A stretch of DNA of 64,000 bases from a virus (Duplodnaviria; Heunggongvirae; Uroviricota; Caudoviricetes), in the IMG/VR virus record IMGVR_UViG_3300043418_000226, one strand, 5' to 3'. A model generated the notes under the pieces. It was not told the origin of the DNA and ran no database searches. It saw nothing but the letters and a program-made list of their open reading frames with translations. Below are positions 1-11,056 of the stretch, piece by piece. Numbering within the stretch: position 1 is the first letter of the stretch; each line of letters starts with the position of its first letter. Position numbers and translations under genes: made by a program.

Positions 1-813
1 ACTATATCAATTTTATTCAGTGCCGAGCAACAACCTGAAAAAGTACCAATATGGTTAGTGGGTGATCAAAATAAAAAATTCATTGAGTATCCATTAATAA
101 GGAAAGATGGAAGTTGGACGTGGGGATTATCATTTAATAACTCAAGAGCGGTTTCAATGATTTTGTTTAATAGAAACAATGGATTTAATTATAATTTTGC
201 CAAAAGGTCTGAAAATCTATGGACTTGGGTAACTCTTTCATACAAACAAGAAACAAAAGAGGTTTATTTTTATTTAAATGATGAATTAGTTTGTCAGATG
301 AACGGCGTAAAGAATAAACAACCATTCCCAATAAATGATGAATTAAGAACTCATGATGCTGTTAAACCATTTCTAATCGGGTTTTGTAATCACATGAACA
401 CCCATTATAAGGGTAAAATTGCCGAAATTAAACTACATGGTAAGTTTTTTGACGACATTAATAAGGTATTCGGTAGTAAGGATGAAGTGTTATTGGATAT
501 TGATTTTACAAAAGATTTGGAAGGGGAGAATAAAAATGTTACCTTTACCCAGGAAACCATAGAAGTAATTGAAAACATCATTCCATTTAGGAAAGAAGGA
601 CGTTTTGAATGTCTACCTCACATTGATGAGGGATTTATCGGTGGAAATTGGGCTAAGGGTGAAACTACAGCCAAGAATGAAAAAAGATTTGTTACTGAAA
701 TGCAACAAAGAAAAATAGATTACAAAAACGATGGGATGAATACATTAAAGTACACTTTAGCTAGTACCGAAATGTATACTGATAATTGTATGTTCATAAA
801 CGTAACAGTATAA
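1..813 (+). CDS. 5'-truncated glycosyltransferase (GT7/galactosyltransferase-like C-terminus) with LamG/ConA-like domain
   Basis: Frame is open from base 1. LamG-like segment (WTWVTLSY..VYFYLND..IGF..YKGKIAEIKL) followed by a GT7-like tail (GRFECLPH..KNEKRF..NDGMNTLKY). Confidence 0.55.
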   Translation, partial: TISILFSAEQQPEKVPIWLVGDQNKKFIEYPLIRKDGSWTWGLSFNNSRAVSMILFNRNNGFNYNFAKRSENLWTWVTLSYKQETKEVYFYLNDELVCQMNGVKNKQPFPINDELRTHDAVKPFLIGFCNHMNTHYKGKIAEIKLHGKFFDDINKVFGSKDEVLLDIDFTKDLEGENKNVTFTQETIEVIENIIPFRKEGRFECLPHIDEGFIGGNWAKGETTAKNEKRFVTEMQQRKIDYKNDGMNTLKYTLASTEMYTDNCMFINVTV

Positions 814-814
814 T

Positions 815-2200
815 ATGAGTCGACTACAAGGAATAAAAAATGAATTAGATGGGGTTGGTTGTGGATTTTGTTTAGCAAAGTGGACACAAGTTACAATGCA
901 TTTACATAACGGAATGACACATTCTTGTCACCACCCGTCACCACATAAAATACCCCTACAAGAAATAAAAGATAACCCAACAGCACTTCATAATACCAAT
1001 TTCAAAAAAGAAATTCGTAAGGAGATGTTGACCGGTAAAAAACCCGAAGAGTGTAACTATTGTTGGAATGTTGAAAAATCATCCGATTCATTTTCAGATA
1101 GGGTTTTTAAAAGTTCTGAATCGTGGTCACAACCCCATTTAGAAGAAATCAAAGGGTTAGATTGGAAAGCCAATTACAACCCAAAATATGTTGAAGTTAG
1201 TTTTTCAAATACATGTAATTTCAAATGTTCATATTGTAGTCCGATGTTCTCATCTAAATGGATGGAAGAAATCGAAAAACACGGGGCTTACCCCACATCA
1301 ACTAAATTCAACGATTTGAGTTGGGTAAAACAAACCAATCAATTACCGTATAAACATTCAGAAGAAAATCCTTATGTCGAATCTTTTTGGAAATGGTGGC
1401 CAAGTCTTTACAATGACTTACATACGTTTAGAATAACCGGTGGAGAACCATTACTATCTAAAGATACGTGGAAAATATTAGATTTCATTGAAACAACAGA
1501 AACACCTAATCGAAAATTAAACATTTCAATCAATTCAAATTTAGGTGTACCAAAAAATCTTATCGTTAGATTTGTTGAACAAGTTAAAAAGATTATCGAA
1601 AACGATAGGGTTTCCGAGTTCATCATATTCACATCTTGTGAATCATTTGGTAAACAAGCAGAGTATATTCGTAATGGTTTAGATTACGAATTATTCTTAG
1701 AAAACGTCGAATATATCTTATCAGAGTTACCAAAAGTTACAATCAACGTAATGGCAACGTTTAACGCTTTATCGGTGTTTGGTTATGGTGAATTGTTAGA
1801 TAAGATTTTTGAATTAAAACAAAAATACCGTAACGACGAAAGATATTGGGTGTCGGCAATACAAATTGACACATCGTACTTACGTTGGCCGCAACATCTT
1901 TCAGTTAAAATATTAGAAGATGAACATAAAGAATTAATCCTTGAAGCGGCAAAGAAAGCGTTTTATTATTCTACACCAGAATTTACGAGAGATAATTATG
2001 GGTTTTCAGATGTTGAGGTACAAAAACTAAAAAGATTATATGATTATGCCATTTCTGAAGATGATTTTAATGTAAAAACAAATAGAAAAGATTTTATTTC
2101 ATTTGTTGATGAACATGATAAAAGAAGAGGGACCGATTTCCTAAAAACATTCCCACAATTAGAAAATTTATACAACAATGTTAAGAATAACAGAAGGTAA
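815..2200 (+). CDS. Radical SAM protein with N-terminal Cys-rich (twitch/SPASM-like) domain
   Basis: CNFKCSYC, ITGGEP; N-terminal CLAKW..SCHH..ECNYCW. Confidence 0.9.
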   Translation: MSRLQGIKNELDGVGCGFCLAKWTQVTMHLHNGMTHSCHHPSPHKIPLQEIKDNPTALHNTNFKKEIRKEMLTGKKPEECNYCWNVEKSSDSFSDRVFKSSESWSQPHLEEIKGLDWKANYNPKYVEVSFSNTCNFKCSYCSPMFSSKWMEEIEKHGAYPTSTKFNDLSWVKQTNQLPYKHSEENPYVESFWKWWPSLYNDLHTFRITGGEPLLSKDTWKILDFIETTETPNRKLNISINSNLGVPKNLIVRFVEQVKKIIENDRVSEFIIFTSCESFGKQAEYIRNGLDYELFLENVEYILSELPKVTINVMATFNALSVFGYGELLDKIFELKQKYRNDERYWVSAIQIDTSYLRWPQHLSVKILEDEHKELILEAAKKAFYYSTPEFTRDNYGFSDVEVQKLKRLYDYAISEDDFNVKTNRKDFISFVDEHDKRRGTDFLKTFPQLENLYNNVKNNRR

Positions 2201-2759
2201 TCCATGGGTAATGTGGCCCGATAGTTTGGTTGAAAATTTCATACCTGACCCCGCTAATAAAATTTTAGATTACGACGGTAATTTTGATTTTAAGGTAACA
2301 TTTGAATTACCAAAATTAGTTAAACAAAAGTCAACATTGTTTTCTAAATTACCATCTTACTTTGGGGTCGACATTGAAGAGTACGGTTTAACACTTATAG
2401 TAACGGAAAACGATATACAATCAAAATATAGATTCGGGGAATATACGTGGAAAGTAGGTGAAATCTACGAGTTAACCATTCAAAAAAGAGACGGGACAAT
2501 ATTGTTATTAATTAATAATGTAACAATAATAAAACATTATATTGAAACAACGCTATGTTCGGACAGTGTCTCACATATAATCTTTGGGTCGGGTAATTTT
2601 CCTAAAAATAACTTCAACTTAAACTACATTGATGTAATTTTACACCAATTTGAAATAATAAAAGAAGGAACCGTAATGTCTTTACATAAATTTGAAACCT
2701 TTATCCATGGTAAAAGTTTTGATGAAACAGGTAATTGTAATTTCATTCATAAAATATAG
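2178..2759 (+). CDS. Hypothetical protein, possible LamG-like beta-sandwich
   Basis: Beta-rich ORF, translationally coupled within the operon. Confidence 0.5.
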   Translation: MLRITEGNPWVMWPDSLVENFIPDPANKILDYDGNFDFKVTFELPKLVKQKSTLFSKLPSYFGVDIEEYGLTLIVTENDIQSKYRFGEYTWKVGEIYELTIQKRDGTILLLINNVTIIKHYIETTLCSDSVSHIIFGSGNFPKNNFNLNYIDVILHQFEIIKEGTVMSLHKFETFIHGKSFDETGNCNFIHKI

Positions 2760-2813
2760 TGATTTTCTATGTTTAATAAGAATAAAAACGTATATTAAAA
2801 TAAATTAAAGACA

Positions 2814-4382
2814 ATGGGTATATTCGCAAAGAAAGAAAACGAAAGTTACGTTGGATACCGTGATAGGGCGGTTAATTCTATTTCACCATCATTTTGTGGT
2901 GCTAAGTGGTATAACGCAACAATATGGTTAGGTAATGGTACGACAGCAAGTTGTCATCACCCACCGGCACATAAAATCCCATTGGAAGAAGTTGCAATGA
3001 GTTACAAAGCAATTCACAACACTCAATACAAAAAACTAATTAGAAAACAAATGCTCGAAGGTGAAAGACCTAAAGAGTGTGAGTACTGTTGGAAAATTGA
3101 GGACATGGGTCCCGATAAAGTATCCGATAGAGTTTATAAATCGGTAATCTATACAGATGAGGAATTGGTCGAAGCCAAGACTAAATGCGGTTGGACTGAA
3201 GATGTTGATTTGAAGACATTGGAGATTGCCTTTGACCCTAATTGTAATTTTGCATGTTCATATTGTAATTCGTCATTTTCTACAACTTGGCAAAATGACA
3301 TCAAGAAAAATGGGCCGTACCAAAACTTAGTTAGTGATGGGGCAGCGGCATTTCAACACGATGGGTCACATTCAATGCCGTATGGTAAGAAAAATCAAGA
3401 TAATCCATATGTTGATGCATTTTGGAAATGGTGGGAAGGTGAACTACAATTTAGTCTTAGGGAGTTAAGAGTAACCGGTGGTGAACCCACAATGTCACAA
3501 GATTTTTGGAAACTAATGAAATGGTGGGAGAATAATAAAGATTGTGAAGTAGATTTTGCCGTTAATTCAAATTTAGGTCAAAAAGATGAGTTATTTGAAG
3601 AACTATTGAAAGCTTCACATAACATTAAGAGTTTTCACCTTTATACAAGTTGTGAAGCGGTTGGTTCACAGGCCGAGTATATTAGAGACGGATTGAAATG
3701 GGAAAAATGGGTTAGTAATGTTGAAAGAATGTTAAAGGAAGGAAATGTCAAGTCAATTAATTGTATGATGACAATTAATGCACTTTCATTGTTCTCAATT
3801 ACCGAATTCATGGATGAAATGTTAAGAATTAAACGACAATATAAAACGTCTTCACCTAACTGTTCGTTTAATATTCTCCGTTTCCCATCATTTCAATCAA
3901 TTGTAACTTTACCAAAAGATATTAGAGAAGAACGTGCAAATCACATTGAGGAATGGATTAATAAAAATTACGATGGAGGGGCGAATTTCTTCTTAGATTG
4001 GGAAAGAGATGGAATGTTGAGATTAGTGTCTTATATTCGAGAAGTAAACACAGGACATAGCCATACCTCTTCATTGGAAACAAGAGAAAGAGATTGGAAA
4101 TCATTCTACACTCAATATGACATTAGAAGAAATAAGAATTTTGTTGAGACTTTCCCAATGTTAAAAGAATGGTGGGACTCGATTCCTGAAACTAATATCA
4201 CACCACTTAAACAAGTTGTTGATGGTGATGATGCTAAATCAAATCGTTACGTTAGTGATGTAATGGAAACAGCTAAGAAAGAAGGGTGGGTTTTAAATCC
4301 ACAATGGGCGAATCCTGGTGCACAAGATTACATAGAAACGGACCAACAAGATGATATGTTAAAATACATTAATGAAAAGTAA
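2814..4382 (+). CDS. Radical SAM protein (twitch/SPASM-like N-terminus)
   Basis: CNFACSYC, VTGGEP; CGAKW..SCHH..ECEYCW. Confidence 0.9.
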   Translation: MGIFAKKENESYVGYRDRAVNSISPSFCGAKWYNATIWLGNGTTASCHHPPAHKIPLEEVAMSYKAIHNTQYKKLIRKQMLEGERPKECEYCWKIEDMGPDKVSDRVYKSVIYTDEELVEAKTKCGWTEDVDLKTLEIAFDPNCNFACSYCNSSFSTTWQNDIKKNGPYQNLVSDGAAAFQHDGSHSMPYGKKNQDNPYVDAFWKWWEGELQFSLRELRVTGGEPTMSQDFWKLMKWWENNKDCEVDFAVNSNLGQKDELFEELLKASHNIKSFHLYTSCEAVGSQAEYIRDGLKWEKWVSNVERMLKEGNVKSINCMMTINALSLFSITEFMDEMLRIKRQYKTSSPNCSFNILRFPSFQSIVTLPKDIREERANHIEEWINKNYDGGANFFLDWERDGMLRLVSYIREVNTGHSHTSSLETRERDWKSFYTQYDIRRNKNFVETFPMLKEWWDSIPETNITPLKQVVDGDDAKSNRYVSDVMETAKKEGWVLNPQWANPGAQDYIETDQQDDMLKYINEK

Positions 4383-5617
4383 TGTCACAAGAAAATATAA
4401 ATAAATTTCCTATTAACACAGATACTTCATGTCAATTCAAATGGACATGGAGTACTTTGTTTTTATCGGTAGGCACATCTTCGAGTTGTCATAGATGTAA
4501 AGGATGGGACGTGTCGGAATATATGCACGATTTTCACAATCACCCCGGTAAGATTAAAGACCGTGAGAAAATGTTAAATGGAGAGTGGCCAGGTAATGGG
4601 TGTGAATATTGTAAAAAGGTTGAAGATGTTGGTGGAGTAAGTGAACGACAATCATACGTTAACGAAAGTCTATTGTCACCAAAAGAACTATCAACAAACC
4701 CAACTCAAACAAATGTTACTCCAAGAATATTAGAGGTTTACTTCACAAACGTGTGTAACCAAAAGTGTGTATACTGTTCACCGTTTTTTAGTTCGTTACT
4801 ACAAAATGAGATTGATAAGTTTGGACCAATTGAAGTTGGTTACAGTTATGATGGGTTCAAACCAAGAGGAGATTACGAGAGAATAAAAAGTGAGTTTTGG
4901 GTTTGGATGGATAAAAATTCAACAGACCTATTTCAATTCCAAATTTTAGGTGGTGAACCAATGTATCAACCAGAGTTCGAAGAATGTTTAACTTTTTTTG
5001 AGGAACGAACACATCCGAACTTGAATTGGAAAATCTTTAGTAATCTCAAACACGACACCAATAAATTTAAAGAAAAAATTACTCGTATATCAAACTTAAT
5101 CGAATCGGGTAAATTAAAATCTTTTGAGATTGTGTGTAGTATGGATTGTTGGGGACCTGAAGCGGAATTTAGTAGGTATGGTATGTCTTTAGTGGAGTGG
5201 GAAAGAAATTTTAATGTCCTATTAAACTCGGAACAAGTAAACATTTCAGTTCACTCAACTATCACACCAATTACATTACCAACCATGTGGGAGTTCTATG
5301 GAAAAATAGTAGAATGGAACAAAATAAAGAGAGTTGATTTCGGTTGGAACACAGTTAAAGAACCAATATTCATGAATCCTGAAATTATCGGGTCACACGC
5401 AACTGAATACTTGGATAAATTACTAAACGTGGTTCCAAGTAGTGATAATAGAAAGGTTTACTTGGAAGGAATTAGAGAACAAATAATAAATCATGACGTG
5501 GATTACGTTAGACTTAAAAGATTGTGTGTGTACTTGGATAAAATCGACCAAAGAAGAGGTACCGATTGGAAACAACTATACCCATGGTTAAATAACATAC
5601 TTAAAAATGAAAATTAA
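4382..5617 (+). CDS. Radical SAM protein (twitch/SPASM-like N-terminus)
   Basis: CNQKCVYC, LGGEP; CQFKW..SCHRC..GCEYC. Confidence 0.9.
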   Translation: MSQENINKFPINTDTSCQFKWTWSTLFLSVGTSSSCHRCKGWDVSEYMHDFHNHPGKIKDREKMLNGEWPGNGCEYCKKVEDVGGVSERQSYVNESLLSPKELSTNPTQTNVTPRILEVYFTNVCNQKCVYCSPFFSSLLQNEIDKFGPIEVGYSYDGFKPRGDYERIKSEFWVWMDKNSTDLFQFQILGGEPMYQPEFEECLTFFEERTHPNLNWKIFSNLKHDTNKFKEKITRISNLIESGKLKSFEIVCSMDCWGPEAEFSRYGMSLVEWERNFNVLLNSEQVNISVHSTITPITLPTMWEFYGKIVEWNKIKRVDFGWNTVKEPIFMNPEIIGSHATEYLDKLLNVVPSSDNRKVYLEGIREQIINHDVDYVRLKRLCVYLDKIDQRRGTDWKQLYPWLNNILKNEN

Positions 5618-6950
5618 ACCATCTGAAGGTAATAAAACATTCTGTATGGCACCTTGGACACATACATATCTGTCACCACAAAGTGAAAGACGTATGTGTT
5701 GTGCCAGTAGAGAGAAAGCAACTTGGGCTACACAATATATTGATTCTGAAAGTGCTGACAAAGGTTCTAATTACAATCCCGCAACTTTAGAAGAACATTG
5801 GAATAGTCCGTACATGATGGACATTCGTAAACGATTAATGGCAGGAGAAGAAATCTCTCAATGTGATGTTTGTAACCAAAAATTACTGAATATTCACATC
5901 TATAGAGATTATTTCACTAAAACATTATTCCCACATAAGATTGATGAGGTTTTTGAAAAAACAAATGATGAGGGGTACACTGAAATGAAACCAATATCGT
6001 TTGACTATAGAATCTCGAACCTATGTAATTTCAAATGTAGAATGTGTGGTGACCAATTATCATCTAGTTGGGAAGCGGAGAGAAGAACAATGGGACATTA
6101 CGATGGTACCGGTGATTTTTGGGCACTTAAACAAAACAAATCAACCATTGAAAATTTCCAAAAAGAGGTTGCCGAAAAAGAATTATGGGAAGCGGTTTAT
6201 GACGGTAGAATTGAAGAGATTTATTGGGTCGGTGGTGAACCTCTAATGTGGGACATTCATTGGGATATTATGAAATACTTAGTTGATACTGGTAAATCTA
6301 AAAACGTTATTGTGAGGTATAATACCAACCTAAGTAGAGTTAGATACAAAAACCACTACTTATTTGATTATTTACCCCACTTTAAGAGTGTACAAATTTG
6401 TGCAAGTATCGATGGTGTTGGTGACATTGTTGAATACGTTAGACATGGTGTAAAATGGAACGATTGGTTACAAAACTTTAAAGAGGGTATATTCCTAAAC
6501 AAACAATATGGTGAATATGGAATAGCATTCGATTTAACTGTAACGTCACCTGGTCTTTTCTCGATGAAGGATATGATTGATATTACATTAGGGATGGATG
6601 TACACACATTAATTAAAACAACTTTCTCATTTGATAGTAGTATTGTTATGTCACCAATGATGATACCAAGACACATATTGAACCCAATACTTGATGATAT
6701 TATTGATTATGCCAAATCAAAAAACAATCGAAAGATTGATAATTACGTTACGTGTTTTGAGGATATAAAAAGTAAACAAACATTCCAAGAACAATATCCC
6801 GATTGGGAGAAAGGATTAATTGAAGGTAAGAAGAGATTAATGATGGTTGACCTTCACAGAAGTAATGTTGGTAAAATCGAAGAGATATTCTCAAGGAATT
6901 CCGAATTATTAGAATGGTGGAACGGTATTAAAGTAAATAATTTATTATGA
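5607..6950 (+). CDS. Radical SAM protein (twitch/SPASM-like N-terminus)
   Basis: CNFKCRMC, VGGEP; CMAPW..MCC..QCDVC. Confidence 0.9.
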   Translation: MKIKPSEGNKTFCMAPWTHTYLSPQSERRMCCASREKATWATQYIDSESADKGSNYNPATLEEHWNSPYMMDIRKRLMAGEEISQCDVCNQKLLNIHIYRDYFTKTLFPHKIDEVFEKTNDEGYTEMKPISFDYRISNLCNFKCRMCGDQLSSSWEAERRTMGHYDGTGDFWALKQNKSTIENFQKEVAEKELWEAVYDGRIEEIYWVGGEPLMWDIHWDIMKYLVDTGKSKNVIVRYNTNLSRVRYKNHYLFDYLPHFKSVQICASIDGVGDIVEYVRHGVKWNDWLQNFKEGIFLNKQYGEYGIAFDLTVTSPGLFSMKDMIDITLGMDVHTLIKTTFSFDSSIVMSPMMIPRHILNPILDDIIDYAKSKNNRKIDNYVTCFEDIKSKQTFQEQYPDWEKGLIEGKKRLMMVDLHRSNVGKIEEIFSRNSELLEWWNGIKVNNLL

Positions 6951-8158
6951 TAGAACAAGAATTTGATGATAAAGCATTTTGTATATTACCATTTATACAT
7001 CTTGCCACACACCCCATAGGAACAGTAACACCTTGTTGTGTAACCGATATGGAAAATGATATGAGTACATCAAAAAAGAATGGACTTAATATGTTCTTAA
7101 ATAAAGATTCATTATCAGATATTACTAATTCGGATGGTTTTAAAACTGTCAGAAAAAAAATGTTAAACGGAGAATTTCCATTAGAATGTAAAACTTGTTA
7201 TTTCTGTGAAAAGAATAACATATACAGTAAAAGAATGGAAAGTAATTTAAAGTTTAAACATTTGATTGATGGTGCAATTAAAAATACTAACAAAGATGGT
7301 GAACTTAAAAAATTAAATTACAAATATATTGAATTAAGGTTAGGTACCGTATGTAATTTGAAATGTATAACTTGTAATCCATTTAGTAGTAATAGGTGGA
7401 ATGAGGATGTTAGCGCATTTAAAGAAACTGAGTTCGAAAAAAGTTATTTTAAATGTGATATTAGGACTGAATGGTTTAGAGACATCAAATTTTACGACGA
7501 GTTATTGACTCAATGTGATGAATTGGAAGAAGTTTGGATTAACGGTGGTGAACCTACATTAATTAAAGAGCATGGGTACTTTTTAGAAAAACTAATTGAA
7601 AGTGGTAAATCCAAAGATATTAATCTACATTATAGTCTTAATATGACTGACGTTCCAGATAAATTTATTGAAATATGGAAGAAGTTTAAACACGTAAGAA
7701 TTCATTTATCTATCGATGATTTAAATGAAAGGAATGACTATATTCGGTACGGATCAAAGTGGAATAACATAATGGATAATTTTAATAAAATAATTGAATA
7801 TAAGGATGTCTTTAGAATCGAGGTTTGCCAAACGGTGAGTGCATATAATGTCTTCAATATTGACAACTTTAAAAAGATGTGTTTAGATTATGACGTAATT
7901 GTTGCACATAACTACGTTAACCACCCTGGATTCCAACACGTATCCGTTATACCTTCTGAAATGAAAAATGAGATATTGAATAACATAAAATATCTTAGAG
8001 ATGATGAGAAAAATCGACTTATAACAGAGTTAACGAAACAAAGTAATCCCGAAGATTTGGATAAATTTATAAAGTTTACCTATATATTAGATAATAAGAG
8101 AGGTGTAAAAATAACAGATATTTTACACGAATGGAAAAAATACATTAACTATGAGTAA
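6947..8158 (+). CDS. Radical SAM protein (twitch/SPASM-like N-terminus)
   Basis: CNLKCITC, NGGEP; CILPF..PCC..ECKTC. Confidence 0.9.
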   Translation: MIEQEFDDKAFCILPFIHLATHPIGTVTPCCVTDMENDMSTSKKNGLNMFLNKDSLSDITNSDGFKTVRKKMLNGEFPLECKTCYFCEKNNIYSKRMESNLKFKHLIDGAIKNTNKDGELKKLNYKYIELRLGTVCNLKCITCNPFSSNRWNEDVSAFKETEFEKSYFKCDIRTEWFRDIKFYDELLTQCDELEEVWINGGEPTLIKEHGYFLEKLIESGKSKDINLHYSLNMTDVPDKFIEIWKKFKHVRIHLSIDDLNERNDYIRYGSKWNNIMDNFNKIIEYKDVFRIEVCQTVSAYNVFNIDNFKKMCLDYDVIVAHNYVNHPGFQHVSVIPSEMKNEILNNIKYLRDDEKNRLITELTKQSNPEDLDKFIKFTYILDNKRGVKITDILHEWKKYINYE

Positions 8159-8921
8159 GTTATGGGTATTCGGTGATTCATGTTCATCGAGTTTAACGGA
8201 ATTAAGACATAATCATATGATTGAGGATTTTGTCCAAAAATTCAATGATGGGAAAGATTATGACATTTGGTACGAAATAGTTGGCAAAGAATTGGGAATA
8301 GATGTTGAGACATTTGGAAAATCTGGATCTTGTAACTATGCCATATTTGAAAGAATATGCCAAAATTTTGATATAATTAATGAGAATGATATCGTGATAA
8401 TCAATTGGACAGTTGTGGAAAGATTTAGAGTGGCTATGGGTAATAGAATTACCGATTATGTTACAATATTGGCAACATACATGACTGAAGAACACGGGAA
8501 GTGGATCTATGATTCAACAAAAAAAATGTTAGATAAGGCGGATGTTACAATAGAAAGTGCCATAGAAATAGGGTTCAATCGTTACAAATTTAACCCATTG
8601 TTCCAAAATGAAATTAACTCTTGGTCGTACTTAATTTATTCTTTTTTTAAAAGTAAAAATATAAAGGTTGTTTTTTGGGGGTTAACACTTACCCAACCAT
8701 ATTATTTTATGGAGGCTTATCAACCTATTATGGAAAAAAAAGGTCTTATTCATCATGAAACAAACGGTGAGATTAAAGATTGGCACTTCGGTGTTAGTGG
8801 GAATAAACTATTTGCGGATTATGTAATTGAGAAAATAAAATCTGAAAATTTTGATTTATTAAAAGACCATTTTTTTATTACATCACCACATCCACATCCA
8901 ATAAAAAAAAGAAATATATAA
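8151..8921 (+). CDS. SGNH/GDSL-like hydrolase or acyltransferase
   Basis: N-terminal WVFGDS, central GSCN, C-terminal DWH..GN. Confidence 0.6.
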   Translation: MSKLWVFGDSCSSSLTELRHNHMIEDFVQKFNDGKDYDIWYEIVGKELGIDVETFGKSGSCNYAIFERICQNFDIINENDIVIINWTVVERFRVAMGNRITDYVTILATYMTEEHGKWIYDSTKKMLDKADVTIESAIEIGFNRYKFNPLFQNEINSWSYLIYSFFKSKNIKVVFWGLTLTQPYYFMEAYQPIMEKKGLIHHETNGEIKDWHFGVSGNKLFADYVIEKIKSENFDLLKDHFFITSPHPHPIKKRNI

Positions 8922-8924
8922 TAA

Positions 8925-10079
8925 ATGAGTAAAATTTTTTGTTCTGCACCATTCGTACATCTCCATATAGATAAAAATGGGGATGTATTACCATGCTGTG
9001 GCGCTCAGGATAGAATTAATACATTGTTTGGAAATATTAATAATGAATCAATTGAAGAAATATATGATGGTGAGGTTATTAAAAAATTTAGAAGTAATTT
9101 ACTAAATGACATTCCGTCCTTGGCTTGTGAAGGTTGTTATCAAATAGAAAAAAATGGAGGAGAATCCTACCGTAAATGGTTTAACAAAACATATCCGGTT
9201 AATACTAACGAAATCAACATAAAGTATATTGATATTCGATTCTCTAATTTTTGTAACTTTAAATGTAGAATGTGTGATGGTGAATCGTCTAGTTCGTTAA
9301 AAAGTGAAGAAATAAAGTTAAATAACGTAACTTATACGAGTCCAATAATTGAAATCGATAAAAATAAAGTCTTTGATTTTTTCATAACTAACATGGATAA
9401 TGTTGATAAGATATATTTTGCCGGTGGAGAACCATTAATCATGGACGACCACTATAAATTATTGGAATTGTTAATTCAAAACGATAAAACAAACGTCACA
9501 CTTTCATATAACACAAATCTATCGACATTACAATACAAAGGTAAAGGTGTTGTAGATATGTGGAACAAATTTAAGAATGTGGAAATCTATGCAAGTTTAG
9601 ATGGAATACATGAAATTGGGGAATACATACGGGACGGATTAAATTACAAAAAATTTGAAAATAATTTCTTTATAATAAGAAATAATTGTCCCGATGTGAG
9701 AGTGAGTATTAACATCTGTGTTAACATATTTAACATATTCCATTTATTTAAAATGTTACCATATGTCTATGAACAAAAAATATTAGACCCGAATAATTTT
9801 ACAATTAACATACTAACAACACCATACTATCAGAACATTACTGTTTTACCAAATGACCTAAAAAATAAATGGGCCGATGAATTCAAACTATTTAAGGACA
9901 TTTATTTAAGTGCCGATTACCGTAACATTATTCACCAATTAGAGATAATTATGAACCATCTCCAATTGAAAGATGAGTCAGAACATCTCAATCAATTTTA
10001 TGATGAGGTAAAAAAATACGACATAATAAGGAATCGAGACTTTTTTAAGTTGTACGATAATCTAATCCCAATAAAATAA
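8925..10079 (+). CDS. Radical SAM protein (twitch/SPASM-like N-terminus)
   Basis: CNFKCRMC, AGGEP; CSAPF..PCC..ACEGC. Confidence 0.9.
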   Translation: MSKIFCSAPFVHLHIDKNGDVLPCCGAQDRINTLFGNINNESIEEIYDGEVIKKFRSNLLNDIPSLACEGCYQIEKNGGESYRKWFNKTYPVNTNEINIKYIDIRFSNFCNFKCRMCDGESSSSLKSEEIKLNNVTYTSPIIEIDKNKVFDFFITNMDNVDKIYFAGGEPLIMDDHYKLLELLIQNDKTNVTLSYNTNLSTLQYKGKGVVDMWNKFKNVEIYASLDGIHEIGEYIRDGLNYKKFENNFFIIRNNCPDVRVSINICVNIFNIFHLFKMLPYVYEQKILDPNNFTINILTTPYYQNITVLPNDLKNKWADEFKLFKDIYLSADYRNIIHQLEIIMNHLQLKDESEHLNQFYDEVKKYDIIRNRDFFKLYDNLIPIK

Positions 10080-11056
10080 TGGATTTTATACAAACATATT
10101 ACCCATATGAAATCATTACGGATACTAAGGAGAAATTGAAAACCGTATTAAAGTTTTCCCTACTATCTTCCTATTTAGGTAAAGAACATTACCCAAAAAC
10201 AATATTATATACCAATAGTGGTATGGTTAATATCTTTAAAAAGTATATTCCATTTTATGACATTATTAACACTGAAGTTTTAGATAATAATCAACACAAT
10301 TTTAAACAAAATCCCGAATACTATGCAATACCGAAACTATACACTTACAGTAATAGTAACTTACCATTTATTCATGTGGATTTAGACACGTTTATTTTTG
10401 ATAAACCAAATAAAATACAAGATGAAAGTGACGATGCTCACAATGGTGTATTTGTTGGTCATTTTGATTTTTATTTCAGTAAGGAATTGCATTTAAATGA
10501 GTTGAAGGGGTATGAGGAATATTACAAACCCATTTTAGACAATGTTAAATCAAATAACATTTGGACATCTGACATATTAAATGAGATATCACTTAATAGA
10601 ACAATAAATGCAAATATTTTCGGTGGATATAATCATCAATTAATTTTACATACATATAAAAAAATTGTAAATAATTTTGAGGAAAATCAAGACTTCTATA
10701 AAACACAAAAATACGTAAGTTTATTTTTGGAGCAAATGATGTTTTATCCGGTATCTAAAATTATTAATAGTTGCAATGTTATTAACCAACTTTCACAGGA
10801 AGGAATTTACTTTAATCATAAAATTGAATCTGAAACAATCATATTACATAACCATAATAGAAAAATTGATAACGTTATTTTTAAAAGAAATGATAATGAA
10901 GGAATTAAAAATTATTTAATTAAAAATGAATTCGGAGGAGTTTTCCACTATGGAAATTATAAAGACACTGAACTTTATAAAGATGCAATTTTTGAATACA
11001 TTGAAAGACATGAAATATTAGGACAGTTATATAAAAAAATAGAAAATGAACTCTAA
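10079..11056 (+). CDS. Putative GT-A fold glycosyltransferase-like protein (DUF6734-like)
   Basis: YAIPKLY..PFIHVDLD (DxD motif). Confidence 0.5.
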   Translation: MDFIQTYYPYEIITDTKEKLKTVLKFSLLSSYLGKEHYPKTILYTNSGMVNIFKKYIPFYDIINTEVLDNNQHNFKQNPEYYAIPKLYTYSNSNLPFIHVDLDTFIFDKPNKIQDESDDAHNGVFVGHFDFYFSKELHLNELKGYEEYYKPILDNVKSNNIWTSDILNEISLNRTINANIFGGYNHQLILHTYKKIVNNFEENQDFYKTQKYVSLFLEQMMFYPVSKIINSCNVINQLSQEGIYFNHKIESETIILHNHNRKIDNVIFKRNDNEGIKNYLIKNEFGGVFHYGNYKDTELYKDAIFEYIERHEILGQLYKKIENEL

